Source of the DNA: Euprymna scolopes
Lineage: Eukaryota
Reading direction: 5' to 3' (one strand)
Assembly (NCBI GenBank): GCA_053919585.1
Contig: CM132792.1
Length of the DNA: 64,000 nucleotides
Both the position numbers and the translations under genes were made by a program. Below, piece after piece: positions 46,701 to 58,592 of the stretch. The notes below the pieces were generated by a model. That model made no database searches. It worked only from the letters and a program-made list of their open reading frames with translations, and had not been told where the DNA came from. The stretch's first letter is position 1. Each line of letters begins with the position of its first letter.

Positions 46701-49700
46701 AACGTTAAGAAAGAAATAGCGACAGCTAAGAGAGAATTTACTGAAACCACTAAAAAACGCATCGAAGCACAAAAATTAGGAAATCGTGACTCCTGGAAAA
46801 TCTACAACAGTGTAGTAAATAATGGGCAATCAACAATTCCCCCGCTAACCAACAATCACGAGGTTGTTTGCTCAGCAACCGACAAGGCTAATATGCTTGC
46901 CAGCCAGTTTGCCTCGAACTCCACACTGGACCCTACCAACCACCCCCTGCTTGACTTTCCTTTGCAGACAGACGCCACACTAGACGATCTAAAAATCACT
47001 CCTGCTCAGGTACACGCTATCATAAAAGACCTTGACACTTAAAAAGCATGTGGACCTGATCTCATCCCAGCTGTGCTATTAAAAAAGTGCTCAGCCGAAG
47101 TAGCTCCAGTTCTCTCCAAACTCTACAACAAATGCCTTAATGAATCATGATTTCCGGGCTGTTGGAAAACTGCTTCTGTGGTACCAATATTCAAGAATTC
47201 TGGCGAAAGAACTGACCCATCAAATTATCGCCCCATTAGCCTCCTCCCACTTTTCGCCAAAATATTTGAGACCATAATTAACCATGCCCTAGTCCGGCAC
47301 CTTACAGATGCTAAACTTCTGACTGACAAACAATATGGATTTAGACAATCCCGTTCCACAGCAGACATCCTCACTGTAATCTCTGAACGTATATACCATT
47401 CACTGGACAAAGCGGGAGAGGGTAGAGTGGTAGCTCTAAATATATCTAAGGCTTTTGACAGGGTATGGCACAAGGGTCTCCTCAGGAAAATTAAATCATA
47501 CGGTATCACTGGTTGAATACTTAACGTAATTAAATCCTTCTTAGATAAGGGAAAAATCCAGATTGTCCTCGACGGTCGTACATCTAAACAGTGTGATATA
47601 GATGCGGGAGTGCCTCAGGGATCTATCCTTGGACCTCTATTATTCCTAATATTTATTATTGACCCCCTGACAAAACTGCCTCTGAGATGGGTATATATGC
47701 TGATGACACTACACTCTATAACAGGCATGACAGGAAAGCAAATGAACACATATCTACAAAAATGGCAAAAACACTAGAGGATGACCTCCAATCTGTAGTG
47801 GAATGGGGACATAAATGGATGGTCACATTCAATGCTGGTTTCCTTCAATAATTACAAGAAACCTTCTCTGCCACCAATAGCAATGGCCAGTGACTCCCTG
47901 TCTGAGAGTACATCTTTCAAACTGCTTGGCCTAACGTTCACAGGAAACATGAGTTGGAACATTTATATTGAAAACATTGCCAGGGCCGCTGTGAAAAAGG
48001 TAAGCTCTCTCTACCTGACACCTGAAAGTATCCTGTACCTCTATAAGGCCACCATTCGCCCATGTATGGAGTATTGTTGTCACATTTGGGCTGGTGCATC
48101 TGCTACTAGTCTCTCGCTCCTAGACATGGTTCAAAAAAGAGTCACCAATCTGATAGGCTTTGAACTGTCATCTAAGCTTCAGCCTCTATCCCATCGACGA
48201 AACGTTGCATCTCTCTGCCTGATCTTTCTACTCCAGTAGTTTCTTCCCCAGAACCGCTAGACTCTGGAATTCCATTCCAGGTTCCTGCTTCCCTAACTGT
48301 ACTGACATGCAGAAGTTCAAGTGCAACGTGAACCGACATCTTGCTGCCCAAATCCCAACATAGTGCCCCAGTAGTTGCTGCCCCTGATAGTAGCCCCCTA
48401 CACTCTATCTGCAATAGATATAACCCTATATGACCCAACTATATATATGGATTATAGCTGGAGAACACATAAGGATACATGTGGAAGTGACCACTTCCCA
48501 ATTATATTAGAAAACGAAAACCCTAAATTAGAAGACAAAACACCTCGCTGGAATGTATCAAAAGCAAATTGGGAAAAATTCCAAAATGCATGTCAACACA
48601 GATTAATACCCGAAGTGAACCCTAACTTAGAACACATCACATATTTCAGCAATACCTTATTTCAGCAATAGCTCCACTTCTACAAAATATAACAAACCCT
48701 GGTTCAATAAAGGATGCAAACAAGCCATAAGAACCAGACGTGAAAACCTAAAAAAATTCAAAAACAGTCCAACAAAAGAAAATTTGGACATATATAAAAA
48801 CAGCACGAAATATATCAAAGAATCAAAATGGAACACGTGGAAAGACTATGTAACAAAAGTTAATCAAAATATAAAACCCAAAAAGTATGGGAGATGGTCA
48901 GAAAAATAGCAGGAAAAATACAAAGAATCCTACTAAACACCTTATATGCGACAACATGAAGATTACCGACAAACAAAATATCGCAAATAAATTAGCAGAA
49001 CAATTCTCAATGAAGTCATCATCAAAAAACTAAAATAAAAAATTCCAAGCTATAAAAAAAAATGAAGAAAAAATAAAAATATACTCCAAATCAAAAAAAT
49101 GAAGAAAATTACAACTAACTACTCAATAGCGCAGAACTAGTGGAGGCAATAAACAAATCTCACGATACAGCAGTCGGCCCTGACGAGATCATTACCAATT
49201 TCTCCAAAAACTACCAAAACCATCACTGGACTACTTAATACAAATTTACAATGAAATATGGACAAATAGCAGTATCCCAAAAAACTGGAAGCAGGCAACG
49301 GTAATCCCAATACCTAAACCAAAAAAAGATCATACAAACCCAACAAACTACCGACCCATTGCACTCACTAGTTGTTTGTGCAAAACTTTTGAGAGAATGA
49401 TTAATGAAAGGTTAAATTGGTACTTGGAAAGCAAAAATCTGATTACAGAAAGTCAGTCGGGTTTCAGGAAAAATAGAAGCCCCACTGACCACTTAATAAA
49501 ACTGGAAATACGCATAAGAGAAGCATTTGCAAAAAAGGAACATCTAATAGCAATTTTTTTTGACATGCAAAAGGCGTATGACACCGCTTGGAAATACGGA
49601 ATCCAAAAAGACCTGTATGAACTAGGACTTAGGGGCAGAATGCCAGAAATTATCAGAAATTTCTTAACAAATAGAACCTTCCAAGTACGGATGGACAACA

Positions 49701-49960
49701 CTTTTTCAGTCTAAAAAGTTCGAAATGGGTGTCCCCCAAGACAGTATCCTATCTGTCACCCTATTCAACATTAAAGTAAACAATATCATAAAAAACATAG
49801 ACCCAGGAATTGAAAATACTCTATATGTGGACGACCTACTTATATACTACCAATCTAAATATATACAAACAGCCAAACGCAAACTACAACTCTGCTTGAA
49901 TAAAATAAACAAATGGGCTATAGAAAACAAATGGGCTATAGAAAACGGATTTACATTCTC
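43760..49960 (+). mobile_element. I-group LINE (5'UTR, ORF1 ~44283-45530, ORF2 from ATG 45535), degenerate, 3'-truncated, interrupted at 45640-48403
   Basis: ORF1 RLSPFLIKK, LRNGTILVE, PNPLRC, CANCGEDHPAYARSC; ORF2 MANKILQWNIRG..CLQ / SAIDITL..GSDHFPI (APE), NYRPIALTSCLCK, FFDMQKAYD, GVPQDSILS, YVDD. Confidence 0.88.
45640..48403 (+). mobile_element. Near full-length degenerate CR1-group LINE (APE+RT), same family as 31636-33709, nested in the I-group LINE
   Basis: TNIRGL, LALSET, GDFNVHH, LLDLFLT, ADHAVI; MRKFYSKPHSPQWFTS shared with the other copy; 3' tail missing. Confidence 0.92.
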
Positions 49961-52900
49961 AGTTCTCTACAACAACTGGCTGATCAGGATGATTCAAGAA
50001 CTTCTCGGGTCAATCTACAATAATTGCTAACAACAACGGAATGACGAACATTCGGGCAATGAATTCACTCTAAAAATAAAACAGCCATTGGCAGACAGCA
50101 TTTGATGACCAAAAGGATTCAAGAAAAAAGAACACACGTGGATATTCGAAATAATTTTTTCCTACATTCGGAGGAAATTCGAAGATTCAAAAATATTTAT
50201 TTTTCAAAAGTTCGGTGAAAAACGGGAAAAACTACTTGTCTATGTTGGGAAAAAAAACCAACATTCGAGCGTAAAAATCTACAAATACGGGATAAAGAAC
50301 ACTTCGAAAAAAGGAAACAATTCTTGCTGAAAAAAAGGATTTTACAAAGACATCATCAAAAAGCCTTTAAAAAAGCTAATAAACCGTAAACTACAAGCCG
50401 AAACAGAATTCATAAGACGAATTGCGTAGAGAATTATTATCACTGAATTAACGAGACCAGGTTTTCAGTAAGTACAAAAAAAAACTTTGTCGTTCTAAAA
50501 AGCACATTTTGCTAATACGTCTTATGGTTAAAAGGCATTAGCATTGGAAAAAGAAAAAAAATTCCTACAAAAGTAAATGATATTTTATTTTATTGCCGAG
50601 TATTTGCACAAATTAAAAAGACGTCGGATTTTAATCCGATTAAAATAAATTTTCACTGGTCAACAGGACTGCACGTCAAAGAAAAAAAAGATTTCACTAA
50701 GCATGACAAATAAAGTGTTAATGAAAAAAGGACATTCTTTTTCGGACACAAATCAAAAAGAGTAACCAATATTAAATAAATGCTATAGACTCTCTTCCAC
50801 AGATCAGTAAATAATTCTCTTTAAGGAAAAAAGAGGAAAAATGTGTAGAGTCAACAAGAAATTGAACCCAGTACCTACACGTTACGAAAATTGAAAAATG
50901 ACAAACAAAATCTACTGCTTTCTGTATGAATGCAAACGCTGAATTATTTTCTCCCAAAAATTGCCAGACGAGGAAATAAATATATGAAAGAAATATTCAT
51001 TAAATAACCAGGTACGAATTTTGTAAAGGTTTTTCTTTCTATAGAGTTGGTGCTATAGGAAAAGTAAATAAATGAATTCGGTTGTTTTGTCATATTAAGT
51101 AATTCCATACTGTCCCCCGCCAAAAAAAATCAAAATGGACGAGTTTGCAAAACAAATTTTGGAAATGGTGAAATTCCAACAAAGTCAACAATTAGAACTT
51201 GAAAAAAGGTTCAGAGAAGAGCAATTGGCAATACAGAAACAAAACGAAGAGAAAAAATTTGCAATACAGAAACAAAACGAAGATAAACAGTTAAATTTAA
51301 TAGAATATCTCAAAGAAAACGAGAAAGAAGAAAGAAATGAATGAACAAATATTGAAAAAGCAGTTAGAATTAATGAAATTCTTCAAGGAAAAACGGGAAA
51401 GAGATAGAAAAGAAATGAATGAACAAATATTGGAATTGAAAAAATTACATTTAGAGCAACAAAACCAGTCAGATAAAAAAATGGATTTGATAACGCAAGT
51501 TTTACTGAATAAGGACAGCGGAGAAGGAAGCAGCATGGTTTTTTCCCAAAATGCGATCTGGTCAGCTATTGATACATTTCACTATGCTCCTGAGGAAGAC
51601 CTAACATTTGAGGCATATTTTAGAAGATTTGAAGACCTTTTTGATTGCAATGCATGAATGGATCAAAAGAAGTTTCGTTTATTGATACGGAAGTTAGGTA
51701 CATCCGTACATAACAAATTCGTGGACTATATTTTACCAAGGAAAAACCAACGAATTGTCGTTTGATGAGACGGTCAAACTATTAATGGAGTTATACTGTC
51801 CAAAAAGAAGCCTTTTTCGTAAAAGATGGAAATGCATAAATCTTACACGTAAAGAGTCAGGACTATAGGACATTTGCATCTATAGTTAATAAGCATTGAC
51901 GATTTCAAATTGTCGTTATTAACGGCGGACAATTTCAAATGCTTAATATTCACACAGTGTTTGATAGCCACAAAAGACACTGATATAAGACATTGTGGTC
52001 TAAATAAATGGGAATTAGAACCTGATTTGATGCTTCAAAAACTGGCTGAAAATTGTCAGCGGTTTGTGGCAATGAAGCAAGATTCCCGAAACATAGAGAA
52101 AGCAGCTGTCGTGCACATTAAAAAAAATACACTTCAAAAATGACACCCGCCCGCCAGCAATTACCAATGAAGAGTCAAAAAGAACCCTTCACAAAATTTT
52201 CAGGATAGACAAAATCCTAGGACCCCTTGTAGAAAATGTGGAGGACCTCATGGGTACAATGCATGTCAGTACCAAAAGAAAATAACATGTGACCTATGCA
52301 AGCGAGCAGGGCACAAGGCCTCATATTGCAGAGCAAAAGTAGCAAAACAGAGCTACGTAAAACTGCAAAAATGGACCCTTCACCAACAGAACATAAGGAA
52401 ATATGTTACGGTGAGAATCAGAAATAAAGAAGTAAAACTGCAGCTCGATTCAGGGTCGGATTTATCAATTATAAATTTTCACACGTGGAAGAGAATAGGA
52501 AATCTCACAATGACAAAGACAAAAGTGCAAGATCGGTAACTGGTGAAAAAATAAATTTTGAGGGTGAGCTAAATGTGTCACTAAAAAGAACGACAAAAAA
52601 GCTAAAAGTTTTCATTCTAAGGAATGCAACAAACTTATTCGGGACCGATTGGATTCAGGAATTTGAATTATGGGACTCGCCAATGAGTGATTTTTGTCAC
52701 AAAGTCGAAAACCTAACAGCCGAAGCCGACAAACTCAAAAAGCATCTCAAAAAATCTTTCCCAAGTGTTTTCTCCAAAAAGCTTGGTTGCTGCACAAAAA
52801 TAAAGGCGAGATTCGAATTGCTGGACAAAACAAAACCAATATTCAAAAAGCCACGGAGTGTACCGTTCGCTTTGAGGGAAAAAATTGAAAAAGAATTGGA

Positions 52901-53245
52901 AAGACTAGTTAATACTGGGATTTTAACTCCTATTAACTATAGTGAGTGGGCAGCCCTCACCGTATACACGAAAAAAAAAACATCTAAAGAGATTAGGGTA
53001 TGCGCTGACTTTCGACCAGATTGAATGCGGTGCTCAAGGATCATCATTACGCGCTACCAAACCCAGAGGAAATATTCGCAAAGTTAAATGGTGGAATATA
53101 TTTTTCCAAAATAGACTTAAGCGAGGCATACCTACAAATATCAGTAGAGGAAGATAGCTGTAAACTTTTGTGTATCTCAACACACAAAGGACTTTATAAA
53201 TTCAATAGATTAGCATTTGATATAAAAGTAGTACCTGCAATTTTT
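49961..53245 (+). mobile_element. Degenerate Mag-like Gypsy internal region (LTR stub, PBS-like tggctgatcaggat, long leader, gag from 51135, PR, RT start), truncated
   Basis: FEAYFRRFEDLF gag; LQLDSGSD protease; KPRSVPFAL, IRVCADF, FSKIDLSEAYLQI, THKGLYKFNRL RT; many frameshifts. Confidence 0.85.
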
Positions 53246-53559
53246 ATATATTTTATCCACTTTACACTACTTGTGGTTTCTTTCATTTGTAACCCCTAGC
53301 ACGGGTCTACAACAGTAATGAAAGGTGTGTGTGTGTGTGTGAGAGAGAGAGTGTGTATGTGTATATTTAACAGAGGATGGTTTGGAAAAACACCGAAAAG
53401 GTGAATGTCCTGTTTAAACAAACACATAACCTCATATAAATAAAGGTACAACAAATAAAGGTAATAAATAAGTAAATATACAATAAAAACACTATAAGTG
53501 TATAGTATAAATATATAGTAAATTAAAATAAAAAAGTAAAGATAAAATTGAAATAAAAA

Positions 53560-53945
53560 TTTGGCTTGGTAAACAATAGATTTAATTGTGCAGCCTCCTC
53601 CTAGAGGGTAAGCATCTCCTCTCCTGCACGAGCAGCCGGGGTTAGGGGGGTTTATTGGAGTTGGGGGTTTACAGGTCAGGATAGAGCCGACTGAGGGACA
53701 GCAGGAGCAGCTAGTTTTGATTGTGTTTCTGTTAAAGATCTTATGGAGTTTGTTGGTGGGTGGAAAATGTTTATCCATTAGAAGGAAAAATTGCCTACCT
53801 ATATCGTACTTGACATTGATGTAAAAGGTGGGGGTGAACCAAATAATGATCCTAGATCTGTTGGATCTATGCTGTCTGGTGGGTGGATTGGATATATATG
53901 AGATATCTTCCTGGTATCTACTTTCTTGGAGGGCACTGTTGTAAT
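53560..53945 (-). mobile_element. Penelope-like element fragment (RT/GIY-YIG linker)
   Basis: RIIIWFTP..DKHFPPTNKLHKIFNRNTIKTSCSC..CSCR..PLGGGC..SIVYQA, the Cys-rich linker of Neptune-type PLEs. Confidence 0.85.
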
Positions 53946-54486
53946 ATGGTACAACACAAAGTAAACAGAGAAAAACACGGGGAGGGAGGGGGGGGGGGCT
54001 TGTGCATGCATGTGACATAGATGACAAATATATATATATAGACAGACAGATGTGGGATATTGGTTATGTTTTTCAATTACTTGTGATAATCCTTATGGTA
54101 AGTAACCGATACTTGCTAGATATCGGTTATTACCATAGTGAGGTTGTAGGATGGACAGAGATTGACGAGAGAGAGAAAACGAACGAGGAAGATCGTGCTC
54201 GGTGGATATCAGACTGACCACCACCCCGGATGTCGCCAGGGGCCGTAACTCCTGTGACACCTGCGGTGGTCTCCCTTTATTTGGTAAAGACATTACAATG
54301 CTCTCTTTTTTTTATTTTTTTATTTTAGTTTATTTTATTATTATTTTTTTTATATTCATCAAGGAGTTTGTTCATGCGTGGTGTGACTGGAGTGTTTGCG
54401 TTGCTGGGTCGGAGGGAAGCGTCTGTCAACCTAGGGGAAAGAAAATGATAATTATGCATTATTATGTACAGGGGTATTTGTAGCAT

Positions 54487-57400
54487 TTAGCAATCAAATC
54501 TTTTGGGTGACCGTCTTGTGCGGCCTGAGCGTCTGAGGTTTGAAGAGTGTTGTCCCTGGTTTTCTTTAGATTTTGGTGATGCTGTCACATGCATGTGTCC
54601 CTCATCTTCAGATGAAGAGTATTCAGGTGGGTCATGTGTGAGGTTTCTTAGTGGCTTAGGGATTTTTTTGAAGAAGCTGGCATTTCTTGTAATTTGGTTG
54701 TCCTTGTGTGTGGCAGTAATCATGGATCCCTTTTTTTTTATGGTTAATGGGTTAGGTTGATAGGGGGTGTGTGCCTTTGAAGTGTGGTCGCTTTTTACAA
54801 CGACGGTGTCACCCACACTCAGATTATTGGGCTTTACGTATACTTTTCTGTCAGCATATTTCTTTATTGTTTTCTTGGCTTGAGTGTCACGTACCCTAAT
54901 GCTATGGTCTCCAGCTATAGGTGCAACTAGGTGTGGCAGGCGGTTTTTTATGGTCCGGCCAAATAGAATTGAGGCTGGGGAAACACCGGTGGTGCAGTGC
55001 GGTGTCGTTCGGTAATCTAACAGGAATTTGAATAGCTCCTGCTTCCAGCTTTGGCCTTTGATTAAGGCGGCTTTGATGGATTTTTTTACAGTGCGCATGA
55101 AGCGTTCTGTTTCAGCATTGGCCTGGGGCCATAGAGGTGTTATCTTCCTGTGTCTGAAACCGGTGACGGAGGTGTAGGTTTTGAAATCATGGCTGTTGAA
55201 TGGTGGGCCATTGTCTGTTTTGAGGGATACTGGTACCCCGAATTCGGCAAATATCTTGTCTAAACGGGGTATGACCGAGTTTGTTGAGATAGAGTCCAGG
55301 ATATCGACAACAACGTAGCGTGAGTACTCGTCTGTGACAACAAGAAGATATTTCCCATTCTGGAGATGTCCAAAGTCAGCACTAACCTCTGTCCATGGGG
55401 CTGCTGGTAGTGGGGACATTTTCTGCGGCTCCCTTGCCGTTTTGTGAGTGCTGATCTGACAGGTGTGACAGTTCCTGATGTTTTCTTCTACTAAAGGCTG
55501 CATGTTTTTAAACCAGACTTTTTCCCGGAGGAGAGCCGTGGATTTCACGACGCCTTGATGGCCGGCATGGGCTATTTTGGCAGCTCTGTTTTGTAGGGTC
55601 TCAGGTAACACTATCCGGCGCCCTTTCAGAATGATACTGTCCTCATGTGCTAGTGATAGTTCATCACGGTTGGCATGTAGGTTGAGAAACGTGGCTTTGT
55701 TTATGCCGTCATTGGCACCTTGCCATTTGTTGGTGAGGATGGCTTGAATGACTGCAGTGAGCGTCTTGTCTTTCGCAGTTTCCATTGCAACTTCATCAAT
55801 TGTCATTGCTTTGGGGGTCGACGTTGAGAGAATATAGTTTATATACTCCTCCGCTATTTTCTGCTCCCTGTTGCTTGGTGGTAGATGTACTGGATGGCGG
55901 CTGAGATAGTCGGCTGGGTTGTCATGACCTGGTCGGTATGTGACAGTCATATTGTATGGCTGTGTTCTCAAAACCCAACGTTCAATGCGCGCAGATAGTT
56001 GGGAGCGGTTGTTATTAAAGATCGATGTTAAGGGCTTATGATCTGTATGAACAGTGAATGGGGCCCCAAAGATATATATGTGAAAGTGTTCACATGCCCA
56101 CGTGATGGCGAGGGCCTCCCGCTCTGTTTGAGAGTATCTTTGTTCAACTGTGGATAGTGCTCGGCTTGCAAATTGTACTACCCACCCGTCTTGTGATAGT
56201 ACAGCAGATATGCCTACAATACTGGCATTGGTATATATCTCAGTATGTTTGTTAGGGTCGAAGTAGGCAAGTGAGCATGCTTTGCTCAAAGCCTCCTTGA
56301 GGTTTTTTAAACATTCAGTGTGGTGCTCAGTCCAGGACCACTGAGTGTTTTTTTTTGTTAACTGACGCAGTTCATGAGTCAGGGTTGCGTAGTCTGGAAT
56401 GAATTGTGCACCGCAAAAGTTGGTCATCCCCAATAAACTTCTGACTTCTGATGCGTTTTGGGGGTCTGGTAATTCGAGGATTGTTTTTATTTTAAGGTTA
56501 CTTGGGCTGATGCCTTCATTACCGAATGTGTGTCCGAGGAATTCCAATGACCTCTTGTTGTATTCACATTTGCTGCTATTCAGTGTTAGGCCTTTTTCGC
56601 GTAGTCGTTGAAATACTTTCTGGAGATTTCCGTCGTGGTCTTGCTGGTCCAATCCAAAGCAAAGAATGTCATCACTGATGTTGATGGCTCCCTCAATCCC
56701 TGCGAGTGCCTGGCTAATCTCTTCCTGAAATATTTCGCTGGCGGAGTTGACACCGAAAAATAGTCTTTTGTATCTATATAGGTGTGTTGCGAATGTGGTA
56801 ATGTATTGGGATTCTTCAGCTAGTTCCAACTGGTTGTAGCCCTGATTGAGGTCTAACTTGCTAAAGACACTGGCTCCCGATAGAATGGCCTTCAGCTCAT
56901 CAAGTGTGGGGGTAGGGTGACGTTCCCTTTTGATAGCTTTGTTTGCCGCTCTCATATCAATGCAAACTCTGATTTTACTTTGGTCTTTCTTAGGTACCAC
57001 CACAATAGGGGATACCCACAGGGTTGGTCCTTCCGCTTTTTCAATCACCCCCAGTTTCTCGTCTTTCTGTATTAGCTCTTCTATGTCCTTCCTTACATGA
57101 AAGGGGACTCTGCGGTATCTCTGAGCGATGGGTGGTATATTTTCATCTATGTGCAGATGGACTTTTTTCTCTTTAAGTTTACCTAAGCCATTGAATAGGT
57201 CTGCATAGTCCTCCAAAAGCTTAAGAGTTGTCTGCGGGATTTGTGTGTCAGAGTTGCTGATGTGGTTAACTGGGAGCTTTTTTGCTGATAAAAGTTTAAG
57301 CTTTTCACATGTTTCCCAGCTAATGATAGGTTTTTCTGGGCTTTTTATTACATGTATGTTAGCTTGGCAGGAGATGCCCCCAAACTCTAGGAGGGTCCTA

Positions 57401-58497
57401 AATTGGCCTAGAACTGGAGTAGTTTGCTTGACCCCAAATCCAGATATCACAGTTTTTGTCGGTCGGAGACATGGTGTCGGTTTTAAACACTTGAAATCTG
57501 CTTCAGACAAAATGTTGATAGTGGCTCCTAAGTCGGCTAACACATTGAACGTTTGGTCGCTATTGCCAAAAGATATATCAAAACAGGGAAGGTTTTTCAT
57601 CTTACCTGTATGAAACACATATTCTGTGTCACTGCTGCTGGTTGAGTCCTGCTGGTTGTCCTCGATGCAGTTCACCGGTCGGCGGCTGGTTTGGACTTGT
57701 GGACGTGGAGGACGATTTGTTCTACGTTGTCTGTCCTCGTCGTTCATTTTTCTAAAACAGACAGAGGCGAAGTGCCCCCATCTCCGGCAATAAGTGCATT
57801 GGCTCTGGAATGCTGGGCAAGACGTTGGTCCTCGTTCATGTGGATATTTTCCGTTGCAATTCCTGCACTGAATTTGCCGGGGACAGTCACGTGTCTGTCG
57901 CTGTCCGTACGTGACTTTGTTTACTACTGCAGTAGTAGTTTGTATTGTCGTGTCCTCTAAGCGCATTTGTTGTAGGTGCGCTGTTATTGTTTCCGTCGTC
58001 CTGGCATAATTTATCAAGTCGTGTAGTGACATGTTAGAATTTATTAAACCCTTTTGCCGGACTTTTTCTGATGAACAGTCTGTTATCAGTTGAGACTTTA
58101 TCTCAGCGTTTGCGTCTGCAAAGTGACATGTAGCTGCTGCTTCTTTCAATTTCCGGTAGAAGTCCTCTACATTCGGCGTGGTTTGTTTGATGTTACAGAA
58201 TACAAATCGGTTGTATTCCGTGTTATTTTGGGGGTTGAAATGAGCCTGTACAGCCGAGACGAGTTTGTCGAAGTGGGTTTCGTTTTCTCCTGGTGTGGTC
58301 TGTTCGGCTGGTAATTCGTCAATGAGGTCGTTCATCGCCTCACCAACAAACGTTAGCAAAATTGCTTTTTGTCTTTTATCACTCTCTATGTCATGGGCGA
58401 TAAAATAGTTCCTCAATCTGCTAATGTATTTCGTCCATCTTGCTGCTTTGGCTTCTGACTCGCAGTCGAATTCTGGGTAGTGAGGTAGGGCAGCCAT
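54487..58497 (-). CDS. gag-pol: G3 single-frame Gag-Pol polyprotein (1336 aa)
   Basis: Two CCHC knuckles; PR ADLGAT; RT LDLNQGYNQL, ISDDIL; RH YSQTEREALA; IN HAGH..CHTC, ADFG, TDNGPPF, ETERFM. Confidence 0.93.
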   Translation of the reverse strand: MAALPHYPEFDCESEAKAARWTKYISRLRNYFIAHDIESDKRQKAILLTFVGEAMNDLIDELPAEQTTPGENETHFDKLVSAVQAHFNPQNNTEYNRFVFCNIKQTTPNVEDFYRKLKEAAATCHFADANAEIKSQLITDCSSEKVRQKGLINSNMSLHDLINYARTTETITAHLQQMRLEDTTIQTTTAVVNKVTYGQRQTRDCPRQIQCRNCNGKYPHERGPTSCPAFQSQCTYCRRWGHFASVCFRKMNDEDRQRRTNRPPRPQVQTSRRPVNCIEDNQQDSTSSSDTEYVFHTGKMKNLPCFDISFGNSDQTFNVLADLGATINILSEADFKCLKPTPCLRPTKTVISGFGVKQTTPVLGQFRTLLEFGGISCQANIHVIKSPEKPIISWETCEKLKLLSAKKLPVNHISNSDTQIPQTTLKLLEDYADLFNGLGKLKEKKVHLHIDENIPPIAQRYRRVPFHVRKDIEELIQKDEKLGVIEKAEGPTLWVSPIVVVPKKDQSKIRVCIDMRAANKAIKRERHPTPTLDELKAILSGASVFSKLDLNQGYNQLELAEESQYITTFATHLYRYKRLFFGVNSASEIFQEEISQALAGIEGAINISDDILCFGLDQQDHDGNLQKVFQRLREKGLTLNSSKCEYNKRSLEFLGHTFGNEGISPSNLKIKTILELPDPQNASEVRSLLGMTNFCGAQFIPDYATLTHELRQLTKKNTQWSWTEHHTECLKNLKEALSKACSLAYFDPNKHTEIYTNASIVGISAVLSQDGWVVQFASRALSTVEQRYSQTEREALAITWACEHFHIYIFGAPFTVHTDHKPLTSIFNNNRSQLSARIERWVLRTQPYNMTVTYRPGHDNPADYLSRHPVHLPPSNREQKIAEEYINYILSTSTPKAMTIDEVAMETAKDKTLTAVIQAILTNKWQGANDGINKATFLNLHANRDELSLAHEDSIILKGRRIVLPETLQNRAAKIAHAGHQGVVKSTALLREKVWFKNMQPLVEENIRNCHTCQISTHKTAREPQKMSPLPAAPWTEVSADFGHLQNGKYLLVVTDEYSRYVVVDILDSISTNSVIPRLDKIFAEFGVPVSLKTDNGPPFNSHDFKTYTSVTGFRHRKITPLWPQANAETERFMRTVKKSIKAALIKGQSWKQELFKFLLDYRTTPHCTTGVSPASILFGRTIKNRLPHLVAPIAGDHSIRVRDTQAKKTIKKYADRKVYVKPNNLSVGDTVVVKSDHTSKAHTPYQPNPLTIKKKGSMITATHKDNQITRNASFFKKIPKPLRNLTHDPPEYSSSEDEGHMHVTASPKSKENQGQHSSNLRRSGRTRRSPKRFDC

Positions 58498-58579
58498 GTT
58501 TGTTTTGCAACACGTGTGACTGTTTGTTGTTGTTTTTTTTTTTTCGTGTTTTCTTATGTCTATTTTTGTAAATTACTCT

Positions 58580-58592
58580 ATCCTCGTCGCCA
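58580..58592 (-). promoter_or_regulatory. G3 primer-binding site, tRNA-Ser(GCU)
   Basis: TGGCGACGAGGAT is complementary to the tRNA-Ser(GCU) 3' end ATCCTCGTCGCCA; adjacent to the 5' LTR. Confidence 0.85.
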
